A stretch of 64,000 nucleotides of DNA, from positions 384,001 to 448,000 of the forward strand of contig CAXXSL010000013.1 of NCBI GenBank assembly GCA_963675525.2, written 5' to 3'. How positions within the stretch are numbered: the stretch's first letter is position 1; each line of letters starts with the position of its first letter. Below the pieces are notes generated by a model. That model did no database searches and was not told the origin of the DNA. It saw nothing but the letters and a program-made list of their open reading frames with translations. Positions 8,333-17,726 of this stretch are shown piece by piece. The stretch is from Anaerohalosphaeraceae bacterium (GTDB lineage: Bacteria > Planctomycetota > Phycisphaerae > Sedimentisphaerales > Anaerohalosphaeraceae). A program made the position numbers and the translations under genes.

Positions 8333-10303
8333 ATGAAAACATATCAAATTCGAATGGTTTTCGTCTGGACCATATGCTGCCTTTTTGTGTCTGTTGCTTG
8401 TGCCGATGTCAAGCTGCCGGCCGTTTTCGGCGACCACATGGTCCTGCAGCAAAAGAGCAGGGTCACCGTTTGGGGATGGGCCGCCCCGGGTGAGGCGATC
8501 AGCGTTAAAGGCAGTTGGCCATGGGCAGGCAAAGCTAAAACCAAGGCAGATGAAAACGGTACGTGGAAGGTTGATATCAAAACCCCCAAAGCCGGCAGCA
8601 AACCGGTTACATTGACCATCCGGGGAAATAACGAAATCGTCCTCAACGACATTCTGATCGGCGAGGTATGGATCTGTTCGGGCCAATCCAATATGGAAAT
8701 GGGACTGACAATGATCAATAACACAGCCGAGGAAATTGCTGCGGCAGACTATCCGAACATCCGATTATTCGATGTTGCACGTACCGTATCAAATGTACCC
8801 AGGCAGGACGTGACAGGCAATTGGGCCAAATGCTCGCCGGAAACAGCGGCCAATCACGGCACCTGGGGAGGATTTTCTGCGACGGCATATTACTTTGGAC
8901 GCAAACTGCAAAAAGAGCTTAATGTTCCAATAGGGCTTATCACGACCAACTGGGGCGGAACCGTCGCAGAGGCATGGACCAGTACCGACACACTTAAGAC
9001 ATTCGAGCAATTTAAAGACACCCTGGAAAGCATGGAGAATCCCGAAAAACAGGACGCGATTTATCAAAAAAATATCCGTGACTGGGAAAACAAAATCGAC
9101 CAGATGGACCCCGGCTATCAACAGACCTGGTACAAGCCCGATACAGACGATGCGGACTGGAAAGAAATGGAACTGCCCAGAGACTGGACCGAAACAGAAT
9201 TGGGGAACATGGACGGCATCGTCTGGTTTCGTCGCGAGACGTCGCTGCCCCCGTCCTGGGCCAAACATGAGATGGAACTGCATTTGGGAACCATCGATGA
9301 CATTGATACACTCTGGTTCAACGGTGTGAAAATCGGCACGACCGCAGGATATGATAGGCCTCGTGTGTACCGGATTCCGGCATCGGTCCTGCATGTCGGC
9401 AAAAACATCATCGCTGTCCGTGTCATCGACACCGGCGGCGGAGGCGGCATGGACGGCAAAGCAGAGGATATGCGCATCGGCCCGGTCGGAGCAGATGTCA
9501 AAACCTGCGCCACCGTCGCCCGAACGTGGAAATACAAAGTCAGCCGGGAAGGCGGCGATGTTCCCTCGGTGCCGATGAACCCTAAAGGAGGGAGCCCCAA
9601 CAGGCCCACCGTATTATATAATGCGATGATCGCCCCGCTGGTACCCTTCCGGATCGCAGGCGCTATCTGGTACCAGGGCGAATCGAACTGCTACGACCCC
9701 ATTTTATACCGGACACTGTTTCCGGCGATGATTACCGACTGGCGCAAGCAATGGGGACAGGGCGATTTTCCGTTCTATTATGTACAGATCGCCCCCTATC
9801 AATACAACGCATTCGACCGCAGTCAGGCTATCCGCGAGGCACAGTTAATGAGCTTGTGGGTTCCCAATACGGGCATGGCGGTGACGATGGACATCGGCAC
9901 CGAAAAGGACATTCACCCGAAGAACAAGGTCGATGTGGGGGAGCGATTGGCCCGCTGGGCACTGGCTAAAACATACAAGCAAAAAAATATAATCTATTCC
10001 GGCCCACTCTACAAATCGATGAAAATTGAAGACAGTGCCATTCGCATCGCATTTGACTATGCGGACGGCGGACTGGTGGCTAAAGACGGCAAGCTGAGTG
10101 ATTTTGTGATCGCCGGTGAGGATAAAAACTTTGTCCCGGCCGAGGCTGCCATTGACGGCGATACACTTGTCGTCTCCAGCAAAGAGGTGAACAATCCGGT
10201 TGCCGTTCGTTACGGCTGGAGCAACTGGGTTGACGGGTCGCTGTTTAACAAAGCGGGGCTGCCCGCCTCATCGTTCCGCACGGACGACTGGCCGCTGCAG
10301 TAA
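8333..10303 (+). CDS. Secreted sialate O-acetylesterase (SGNH) with a carbohydrate-binding insert
   Basis: Signal peptide, GEVWICSGQSNM, WYQGESN, DIHPKNK, PASSFRTD. Confidence 0.9.
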   Translation: MKTYQIRMVFVWTICCLFVSVACADVKLPAVFGDHMVLQQKSRVTVWGWAAPGEAISVKGSWPWAGKAKTKADENGTWKVDIKTPKAGSKPVTLTIRGNNEIVLNDILIGEVWICSGQSNMEMGLTMINNTAEEIAAADYPNIRLFDVARTVSNVPRQDVTGNWAKCSPETAANHGTWGGFSATAYYFGRKLQKELNVPIGLITTNWGGTVAEAWTSTDTLKTFEQFKDTLESMENPEKQDAIYQKNIRDWENKIDQMDPGYQQTWYKPDTDDADWKEMELPRDWTETELGNMDGIVWFRRETSLPPSWAKHEMELHLGTIDDIDTLWFNGVKIGTTAGYDRPRVYRIPASVLHVGKNIIAVRVIDTGGGGGMDGKAEDMRIGPVGADVKTCATVARTWKYKVSREGGDVPSVPMNPKGGSPNRPTVLYNAMIAPLVPFRIAGAIWYQGESNCYDPILYRTLFPAMITDWRKQWGQGDFPFYYVQIAPYQYNAFDRSQAIREAQLMSLWVPNTGMAVTMDIGTEKDIHPKNKVDVGERLARWALAKTYKQKNIIYSGPLYKSMKIEDSAIRIAFDYADGGLVAKDGKLSDFVIAGEDKNFVPAEAAIDGDTLVVSSKEVNNPVAVRYGWSNWVDGSLFNKAGLPASSFRTDDWPLQ

Positions 10304-10327
10304 GCGATAAGATTTGGAAATCGTAAT

Positions 10328-10360
10328 AAAAAGCCCTGTCAAAACCGACGGGGCTTTTTT
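10328..10360. terminator. Bidirectional intrinsic terminator
   Basis: AAAAAGCCCTGTC-AAAACC-GACGGGGCTTTTTT between convergent genes. Confidence 0.8.
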
Positions 10361-10992
10361 CAATCAAATGTTGCGGGCAGGTCGGGGTTTCGGTATTGTT
10401 CGAAGAACAATCTCAATTCGTGCGGCAGGGTTCGCCCTTGTGAAAGATTCTCAGGCAACTCATCTTCAGCAAACCAGGCGACCTCGCTGGTTTCATTGCT
10501 GATTGTCGCTTCGCCGCCGGTCAGTTCACAAAGGAAAAACAGTTTATAAATATTGAACGGGTACGGCGGCGTATGGCCTTGGGTATCGCGGTCATAAACA
10601 GCCAGCAGCCGCGTGACTTTAACTTCGTAGCCGGACTCTTCCCGGACCTCGCGGGCCACATTCTGCGAGGCGGTCATGCCGCAATCGCACCAGCCGCCGG
10701 GCAGCGTCCAGCCGCCGTCAGCAATCTCCTTGACCATTAAAATCTTGTCGTCTTTAAACACCACACCGCGGGCATCCACTTTCGGCGTCGGGTAGCCGGT
10801 ATCCTGCTGCAGAATGCTACGGGCCTGGTCGGCAGAAAGGTCTGTATAATTTTCAAAAATCTCTGCTGTAATCTGCTCCAATTCTTCATGGCGGTTCAAC
10901 TCGTACTCATTTTTGGCGAAGAATTTGCCCGCCTGTGAAATGGCTTTGAGGCGTTTAGCAACATCGTGCCAATCAAACTTCTTATCACTCAT
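10360..10992 (-). CDS. NUDIX hydrolase (ADP-ribose pyrophosphatase-like, with N-terminal extension)
   Basis: GYPTPKVDARG and the Nudix box GGWCDCG...REVREESG. Confidence 0.9.
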   Translation of the reverse strand: MSDKKFDWHDVAKRLKAISQAGKFFAKNEYELNRHEELEQITAEIFENYTDLSADQARSILQQDTGYPTPKVDARGVVFKDDKILMVKEIADGGWTLPGGWCDCGMTASQNVAREVREESGYEVKVTRLLAVYDRDTQGHTPPYPFNIYKLFFLCELTGGEATISNETSEVAWFAEDELPENLSQGRTLPHELRLFFEQYRNPDLPATFD

Positions 10993-11089
10993 AGAAAATT
11001 CCCACTCTTGCTTAACCAATGGATTCGGCGCCATTCGCGGCAATGACAACAGGAATAATTATATGAGACAAACTCCTAAATTGGAATGC

Positions 11090-11632
11090 TCATTCCTTCT
11101 TTTTTTCAAAATCGAGAGCAGCAGAGTTGATGCAGTAGCGAAGGCCGGTTGGGCCGGGGCCGTCGTTGAAGACGTGGCCCAGATGTGAGCCGCATTTTGA
11201 ACAGGTAATTTCGGTTCGGGCCATCCCGAGACTTCTATCGGCAGTCTCGGTAACGGCGGCGGAATCTTTCGGTGCCGAAAACGCGGGCCAGCCGCAATGG
11301 GAGTCGAATTTGGACTCGGACGTGAACAGCGCCGCGCCGCAGGCACCGCATTTGTAAACACCGTCTTCTTTGTACGTATTGTATTTGCCTGTAAAGGGCC
11401 GCTCGGTGCCCTTTTGGCGGAGCACATAATATTGTTTTTCTGTCAGAAGCTCTTTCCACTCCTTATCGGTTCGGACAACGTTTCCCTGGTCGGTTTCCAT
11501 CGCGGCCTCCTTAATGGCTTGAGTCTGCTTAACATTTGGCGAGGTCGGCATTTCTTCATCACAACCCTGAATGCCAACAAACAACACCAGAGTAATGAAC
11601 AGTACACCAAATTTTACCGTTTTCTGTGCCAT
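11090..11632 (-). CDS. msrB: Peptide-methionine (R)-S-oxide reductase, probable lipoprotein
   Basis: GTERPF, two CxxC motifs, GWPAF, HLGHVF.DGP, RYCINS; N-terminal hydrophobic stretch ending IQGC. Confidence 0.92.
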   Translation of the reverse strand: MAQKTVKFGVLFITLVLFVGIQGCDEEMPTSPNVKQTQAIKEAAMETDQGNVVRTDKEWKELLTEKQYYVLRQKGTERPFTGKYNTYKEDGVYKCGACGAALFTSESKFDSHCGWPAFSAPKDSAAVTETADRSLGMARTEITCSKCGSHLGHVFNDGPGPTGLRYCINSAALDFEKKKE

Positions 11633-11759
11633 ACTATGATATTTTACGCCTGAAAACAGGCAGGGTTCATTTTTATCCGATTCATGCGACAATCATTGAC
11701 GGACAAACCTGTTTGGGGTATTGTATAGCGGTAAACAGAGTATAAAATAAGGGGTTTTT

Positions 11760-12548
11760 ATGGAAGATAAGAACAGCCTTTTAAGCAATTTATTGAATCC
11801 GTTCGTGTTGACGGTCATATTCATTTTTCTATCGGGAATCGTGGCGGCACTCATCAAGGGCCGCAAACGGGATAAATGCCTGAAGGCCTTCAGCGGATTT
11901 ATGATTACCCTCGAAGATATCGGAGGAAAATATATCTGGGGCAAACTGCGGGTCGAGGCAACAGGCATGGAAATGAACTATACCCAACCGCACACCGACG
12001 CCGACGGACATATCGAGAGCAGCTACATGATCTATAAATATGAATACGGCAACATTGGTGCGCTGATACGGTATCACGACAAACTCAGCGAGGAAAACCG
12101 CAAACACCGGGACGCCGAGCTGAAACGAACCTATCACCCAAGCTGGTGGCGGCGGTGGCGGCGAAAGCTGATGAATATCTTTCGCACCATTCGCGATTCG
12201 ATTATGGAGGTATCGAATGTGATGCTGGCACAGGCCAAAAAGACCACCACCGCCGGTGGGATGTTGAGTACGCAGGATAAATATGTTTCGCAGATAAAAA
12301 ATGAAATGATCGGTTCGGTGGATACGTCCTACGAACCGCTGCTGGAAAAATATATCGGGCACCGCGTCGTGGCCGAGTTTCTGCATAAGGACCAGCCGGT
12401 TGAACTGGCGGGTGTTCTGAAAGATTATACGGCAGACTTTGTCGAACTGCTCGACGTGCAGTATTGGGACAACGGCGGCGATGAAAAGAGAAAAGCCGAT
12501 ATCATCCTGCCACGAAAACGCGCCGTCATCCGGCATTTGGCGGAATAA
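11760..12548 (+). CDS. Hypothetical membrane-anchored protein
   Basis: 262-aa ORF with one N-terminal TM and protein-like composition. Confidence 0.7.
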   Translation: MEDKNSLLSNLLNPFVLTVIFIFLSGIVAALIKGRKRDKCLKAFSGFMITLEDIGGKYIWGKLRVEATGMEMNYTQPHTDADGHIESSYMIYKYEYGNIGALIRYHDKLSEENRKHRDAELKRTYHPSWWRRWRRKLMNIFRTIRDSIMEVSNVMLAQAKKTTTAGGMLSTQDKYVSQIKNEMIGSVDTSYEPLLEKYIGHRVVAEFLHKDQPVELAGVLKDYTADFVELLDVQYWDNGGDEKRKADIILPRKRAVIRHLAE

Positions 12549-12554
12549 GGAACG

Positions 12555-12584
12555 AAACCACAGATTACGCAGATTTCACAGATT
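12555..12584. repeat. 9-mer triplet repeat, inverted copy of 7524-7553
   Basis: aaaccacagattacgcagatttcacagatt between convergent stops. Confidence 0.75.
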
Positions 12585-12837
12585 ATTTATTTCGTTTAAA
12601 AAGATATTTCACAAATGACCCTAACCCGGCGAATTTGTAATTGCCGTCCACATAATGCTCGATGACATAGAACGCGAAATAATACGCCCGGCAAAAGCAC
12701 CACACCGCCACCGCCAGCATCGCGGCAACTTTGAGCGTCGGATGTTCCAGCAGGACAATTAGAGAAGCCATGATACCACCGAATAAAAACAGAAAGCCTT
12801 TGAGATAAATGAGCTTTTTACTTTTTAAGTCACCCAT
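12583..12837 (-). CDS. Small hypothetical membrane protein
   Basis: MGDLKSKKLIYLKG..., two hydrophobic segments, AGGA upstream of ATG. Confidence 0.7.
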   Translation of the reverse strand: MGDLKSKKLIYLKGFLFLFGGIMASLIVLLEHPTLKVAAMLAVAVWCFCRAYYFAFYVIEHYVDGNYKFAGLGSFVKYLFKRNK

Positions 12838-12860
12838 ATCATTTCCTTTTGCGATAGCTG

Positions 12861-13635
12861 AACAAAAGCCCGAAGCGCCAGCGCAGGGGACGCACCCTGT
12901 ATAGAACATCTATCAAATAATCCACCTTTCCTGAAATTCCTCATCCAAATAACATGCCATCGGCTCGCCTTGCTCAAACACAACATAATGTATCTTCTCT
13001 AAAAGCTTCTCACGTGTAAAAATAAACTTTGTACTCCCGTGCCGCGTCCAAACCTTTTCTACATTCATGCCGGATTCCCGAAGCCTTCGTGTACACCATG
13101 CTTTAATATCTTTCATGACTTTTTCGATCGTCACATCAGACTGAATGACAAAATGAACGTGATTGGTGCGAACATGTACCGCAATCAAATGCCATTCCTT
13201 CAAACAACAATGCCGCTGTATCGTTTCCAAAACGACCTTTCGCTGTCTCTCATTCAATACAACGACTGGGTGCTTCAGTTGAGATCGTACAGACCGACAA
13301 AGTTCCTCGGAAGGTTCTATGACTTTTGTTGAGTGATCGACAACAACCACGCTGCTTCGACTATCACCATGCAGCCACGTTCCGTAAGTCGTAAATGTGA
13401 TAAAATATGCTAATGGTTTATTCCTCATTTAAAGCCCTGCGATGTATGAATATTTCACAATTTAAATAATCACCTCTGAATTGTAAAGCAAAAACTCGTT
13501 ATGTAAATAATCCGCCCCCTGCGATGGCGCTTCGGGCTTTTGTTTTACCGTTGTATCAGTTCCCTTAAAACAGCCGACCGGGGATCGAGTTTGAAGTCGT
13601 TTCCGTCCCCTGCGCTAGCGCTTCGGGCTTTTGTT
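12861..13635. mobile_element. RAYT locus 1: HUH transposase flanked by 32-nt REPs
   Basis: AACAAAAGCCCGAAGCGCyakCGCAGGGGrCG at 12861-12892 (+), 13513-13544 (-) and 13604-13635 (-). Confidence 0.85.
12913..13428 (-). CDS. REP-associated tyrosine transposase (Y1 HUH)
   Basis: AYFITFTTYGTWLHGD, HUH motif NHVHF, catalytic Tyr in IHYV. Confidence 0.88.
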   Translation of the reverse strand: MRNKPLAYFITFTTYGTWLHGDSRSSVVVVDHSTKVIEPSEELCRSVRSQLKHPVVVLNERQRKVVLETIQRHCCLKEWHLIAVHVRTNHVHFVIQSDVTIEKVMKDIKAWCTRRLRESGMNVEKVWTRHGSTKFIFTREKLLEKIHYVVFEQGEPMACYLDEEFQERWII

Positions 13636-16600
13636 TTATCTTCTCAATAGCTTTCGTAAAACGGCTAATAGGGTTTTAGGCTCAAAGTAGGATTTTTCCA
13701 GGCGCAGGTGGACGGTTCGCGGGTCGGGGATGCGGACGGTGCCGGGATAGCGGGCGAACAGGTCGGTACCGGTAGAGCCTTCGGGGAAAGTAAAAATCAC
13801 ATCGGGTCCCTGCACAACAATGCTTTGAATATTCCACTTCGCCGCCCAGATTCGGATTTGCGCCAGTTCTAATAATTGCGTTACCTGTTCGGGGACCGGG
13901 CCGAATAAATCGCGCAGCTCGGCTTTGAGCCGGTCGATGTCTTTGGGATTGTGGCCCACGGAAATGCGGCGATACACCTCCATCCGCTGTCGGTCGGAGT
14001 GAATGTAGCTTTTGGGGATGTAACTGGCAAAACCCAAATCGATGACGGTTTCAATCTGTTTTTCCACCGGCTCGTTTTTGAGACGTTTGACCGCTTCGCT
14101 GAGCAGGCGGCAGTAGAGTTCATAGCCGACGGTGTTAATATGGCCGGACTGCTGGGGGCCGAGAATATTTCCCGCTCCACGAATTTCCAGGTCGCGCAAG
14201 GCAATGCGGAAACCGGCTCCCAACTGTGAATATTCTTCAATCGCCTTGAGACGCCGGCCTGCAATCGGCGTAATCGACCGGGATTTCGGCAGGAGCATGT
14301 ACGCATAGGCGCGATGCTTGTAACGACCGACACGGCCGCGAAGCTGATGCAACTGTGCCAGGCCGAACCGGTCGGCGTCGTTAATGATGATGGTGTTGGC
14401 GTTGGGGATGTCGATTCCGGATTCGATGATCGTCGAGCACAGCAGGACATCCGTATCGCCGGTGATGAACCGGATCATCGCGTCTTCGAGATCATGCTTG
14501 GCCATCTGGCCGTGGGCGATGTCGATTTTGATGGATGCGTCCTTCAAGATCTGACGCAGTTCGTGCGCAAAATGCTCGATGGTCTGGACACGATTGTGCA
14601 GGTAAAAGACCTGTCCGTCCCGGCCGGCCTCCAGCAAAATAGCCTTGCGAATCGTTTCATCCCGGAACCGGCTGACTTTCGTCACCACGGCACGTCGATC
14701 CATCGGCGGCGTGGACAGCGAGCTGATATCCCGCAGTCCGATTAGCGACATGTGCAGTGTGCGCGGGATGGGCGTGGCAGTCATCGTCAGGATATCAACA
14801 TTGACACGGAAACGTTTGAGACGTTCCTTGTGCTCGACACCAAACCGCTGCTCCTCGTCGATGATCATCAGGCCCAAATCCCTGAACCCCACATCGTCAC
14901 TGAGCAGCCGGTGCGTACCGATGAGAATGTCCACCGTTCCCTTCCGGCAGGCCGACAGAATTTCGCGGGCCTGCTTCGGCGTGGTAAACCGGTTAATCAC
15001 CTCGATCGTTACGGGAAAATCGGCAAAGCGTTCCCTGAACGTCCTGCCGTGCTGTACACACAGTACCGTGGTGGGAACCAGCACGGCGACCTGCTTATTG
15101 GACTGGATGGCTTTAAATGCCGCCCGCATGGCCAGTTCGGTCTTGCCGTAACCCACATCGCCGCACAATAGGCGGTCCATCGGCCGGGTCGACGCCATGT
15201 CATCTTTGATCTGGCTTGCGGCGGTTATCTGGTCGGGCGTTTCCTGGTAGGGAAACGTTTCCTCAAACTCCCGTTGCCAGACCGTATCGGCACCAAAATC
15301 AAAACCGCCGAGCTGCTGACGTTTGGCCTGCGCGTCCAACAGTTCGGCCGCTAACTCTTCGACACCTTTGGCAACGTTTTCCTTCTGGGTTTCCCATTTT
15401 TTTGTACCAATCTTGCTGAGCGTCGGGCGTTTGGGCGTGGAACCGATAAACTTCTGAATGAGATGGATATTCGAAACCGGCACATGAATCTGAATCTTAC
15501 CGGCGTATTCGAGCGTAATATACTCGGCCTTGCTGCCGGACTTTTCCATCATCTGAACACCGACAAACTTACCGATGCCGTAGGCAATGTGCACGACGTA
15601 ATCGCCCTTCTTCAGGTCGAGCATACTGTCCACAGACGAAACACTTTGAATCCGGCGGACACGCCGGCGGACCGACATCTGCCCGAATACTTCGTGGTGC
15701 GAAATGACGATCACATTTAATGAACGAATGATAAATCCCTGCCGGATAAAACCAAGCGGCGTTTTGAAACTCGACGGAATGGTTTCAAAGCGTTCGTTCA
15801 GGATTTCCTGGACACGCTGAACTTCGGCGATGTTTTCACAATAAAAAAGCACCTCGTTCGATTGTGCCTCTTTGGCCAAATCATCCAATACCGTCTGCTG
15901 GTCTTTCCAGATCGCCCCGGCTTTATGCTCAAACTGCTGGGCACTGGTGACATCCAGATGTATCGAATCGGCGCCGCCCGAAAACCGGCTGACCTGCAAA
16001 CAGGTCAATCGATTGGCCGCCCTGTAAACCGCTTTCCACGGCACCATGCCCCGGATATCGTCAAGTCGATTGATAAAGACCTCGGAAACTTCGGCAATCT
16101 CGGCGGGTTCTTCGAAAATAATAATCGTATCCGACGGCAGCAGGTTTACAAGCAGTTCCGTCCCTTCCGGATCAAGGCTGGTTTGCGTCGCGGTCATCTG
16201 AACCGATGATAACGTATCGCCGGAAAGCTGCGTGTCCAGGTCAATGTGGCGAATACTATCGATTTGGTCGCCGAAAAATTCGACGCGTACCGGCTGGATG
16301 TCTTCGATAGGGTAGCATGTCTTCTCCCGACTTGTCGGGAAAGGCATGGACTGCCGTGTTGCCCCATCGCTTTCCCGGTGCGCAGGGAGAAGCGATGCCA
16401 CACGGTCAACCGTAAACGTACAGACGGGTGCGAAGATATCGATGATGCCGCCACGGTGGGCGAACTGCCCCGGCACATCCACACTGTCGACATGCTCAAA
16501 ACCATGGTCCGTCAGCCAGCCGGCAACAAGTTCCGGCTCGATAGTTTGGCCTGTCGACAGCGACAAGCCCTGTTCGGCAAGCAACTGCGGTTTGGCAACC

Positions 16601-17025
16601 GGCTGATTGAGCGCCTGCACACAGGTGGAAATCAGAAACGGTTCGCTCTTTTCTTTTTGCTGCTGGGCGAAAAGCCACAGGGACAGCCGCAACCGCTGAG
16701 CCAGAATTTCATCGGTCGCATCGATGACTTCATCCGGGCTTTCCCAAACGGGAAAAGTCTGAACCGGCAATCCGGCAAAAACCTGCAAGTCATCAGCGAC
16801 ACTGTCGGCGTCGTCGATGTGCGGGCTGATATACAGAATCGGGCGTTTCAGCGTATTCCAGATATGTGCGGCCAACAGCGGCGCATACGATCCCCACGTC
16901 CCGTCAACAGTAACCGGCCCTGTCTGCGGGTCGTGCTCTGCCAGCCGGGAGAAAATGTCACAAACCGTTTTGTCTTGACTCAAATCCAGCAAAATATCGT
17001 ATTCACCAGCCTGAAGGCATGGCAT
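13636..17025 (-). CDS. mfd: Transcription-repair coupling factor
   Basis: UvrB-like module, RID (GDYVVH..YGIGKF), CGDVGYGKT, DEEQRFG, TATPIPRT, QLRGRVGR, RDLEIRGAG; start uncertain. Confidence 0.97.
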   Translation of the reverse strand: MPCLQAGEYDILLDLSQDKTVCDIFSRLAEHDPQTGPVTVDGTWGSYAPLLAAHIWNTLKRPILYISPHIDDADSVADDLQVFAGLPVQTFPVWESPDEVIDATDEILAQRLRLSLWLFAQQQKEKSEPFLISTCVQALNQPVAKPQLLAEQGLSLSTGQTIEPELVAGWLTDHGFEHVDSVDVPGQFAHRGGIIDIFAPVCTFTVDRVASLLPAHRESDGATRQSMPFPTSREKTCYPIEDIQPVRVEFFGDQIDSIRHIDLDTQLSGDTLSSVQMTATQTSLDPEGTELLVNLLPSDTIIIFEEPAEIAEVSEVFINRLDDIRGMVPWKAVYRAANRLTCLQVSRFSGGADSIHLDVTSAQQFEHKAGAIWKDQQTVLDDLAKEAQSNEVLFYCENIAEVQRVQEILNERFETIPSSFKTPLGFIRQGFIIRSLNVIVISHHEVFGQMSVRRRVRRIQSVSSVDSMLDLKKGDYVVHIAYGIGKFVGVQMMEKSGSKAEYITLEYAGKIQIHVPVSNIHLIQKFIGSTPKRPTLSKIGTKKWETQKENVAKGVEELAAELLDAQAKRQQLGGFDFGADTVWQREFEETFPYQETPDQITAASQIKDDMASTRPMDRLLCGDVGYGKTELAMRAAFKAIQSNKQVAVLVPTTVLCVQHGRTFRERFADFPVTIEVINRFTTPKQAREILSACRKGTVDILIGTHRLLSDDVGFRDLGLMIIDEEQRFGVEHKERLKRFRVNVDILTMTATPIPRTLHMSLIGLRDISSLSTPPMDRRAVVTKVSRFRDETIRKAILLEAGRDGQVFYLHNRVQTIEHFAHELRQILKDASIKIDIAHGQMAKHDLEDAMIRFITGDTDVLLCSTIIESGIDIPNANTIIINDADRFGLAQLHQLRGRVGRYKHRAYAYMLLPKSRSITPIAGRRLKAIEEYSQLGAGFRIALRDLEIRGAGNILGPQQSGHINTVGYELYCRLLSEAVKRLKNEPVEKQIETVIDLGFASYIPKSYIHSDRQRMEVYRRISVGHNPKDIDRLKAELRDLFGPVPEQVTQLLELAQIRIWAAKWNIQSIVVQGPDVIFTFPEGSTGTDLFARYPGTVRIPDPRTVHLRLEKSYFEPKTLLAVLRKLLRR
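16311..16402. repeat. Inverted REP doublet inside the mfd coding sequence
   Basis: 38-nt copies GGTAGCATGTCTTCTCCCGACTTGTCGGGAAAGGCATG (+, 16311-16348) and TGTGGCATCGCTTCTCCCTGCGCACCGGGAAAGCGATG (-, 16365-16402). Confidence 0.8.
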
Positions 17026-17070
17026 AACACAAGAACTATGTCACGCCGGTCTCAAGACAAGCTGCCTTTA

Positions 17071-17712
17071 ACAGCCTGAAAGGCTGATGTAATATAGCCC
17101 GGGGCAACGCCCCGGGATTAGAAGTCGCACAACCCTCCCTCGCCCTGAAGGGGCAATATAATCAATCCCAAAGATACTGTTCATCATATTCGATACCATA
17201 TTTTTGAAGAAAGGCAAGAAACTCTTCTTTAAACGTAACCGTCCGATGATGTTCTTTCTGCCCAGCGATATAACGCTTTAACGAATCCATTCTGGAACTG
17301 CTGACGGAAAATGCCCCGTATCCATTCTGCCACGCAAACTTTTCATACATGCCATTTTTCGTTTTAATCCAGCGGCTGCTGGAACGTTTGATGTCCTCAA
17401 TATACTTCGACAATGTTACAATTCTTGGCAATGAAGACAATACATGCACATGGTCGGCCGCTCCATTTATTAAATACGGAATGCCACCTATTTTCTTGAT
17501 AATACCGCCCTTATAAGCAAAAAGTTCCGGTTCAACATTCGTTTGGATAAAGGGGTAACGTTCTTTGGTGCTGAAAACAATATGCACATAAATTTGAGCC
17601 AATGACTGCGGCATAATTGTTTATCCTGCCCTTACAGGGCGTTTTTTGTTTTTTGGATACTCTTTTTCCCGGGGCGTTGCCCCGGGCTATATTATCCCGG
17701 CCCTTCAGGCCG
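17071..17712. mobile_element. RAYT/IS200-like locus 2 flanked by inverted three-hairpin elements
   Basis: Core TAGCCCGGGGCAACGCCCCGGG at 17095-17116 (+) and 17668-17689 (-), each between two GCC(C)..GGC hairpins. Confidence 0.85.
17162..17614 (-). CDS. tnpA: IS200/IS605-family TnpA (Y1 HUH)
   Basis: HIVFSTK.R, DHVHVL, WQNGYGAFSVS, YI..QKEHH. Confidence 0.92.
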   Translation of the reverse strand: MPQSLAQIYVHIVFSTKERYPFIQTNVEPELFAYKGGIIKKIGGIPYLINGAADHVHVLSSLPRIVTLSKYIEDIKRSSSRWIKTKNGMYEKFAWQNGYGAFSVSSSRMDSLKRYIAGQKEHHRTVTFKEEFLAFLQKYGIEYDEQYLWD

Positions 17713-17726
17713 TATCATAGCATATA

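Noticed and set aside
16246..17079. 277-aa plus-strand ORF
   Set aside because: Antisense shadow of mfd; the same applies to 25124..25963, 11829..12536 and similar ORFs
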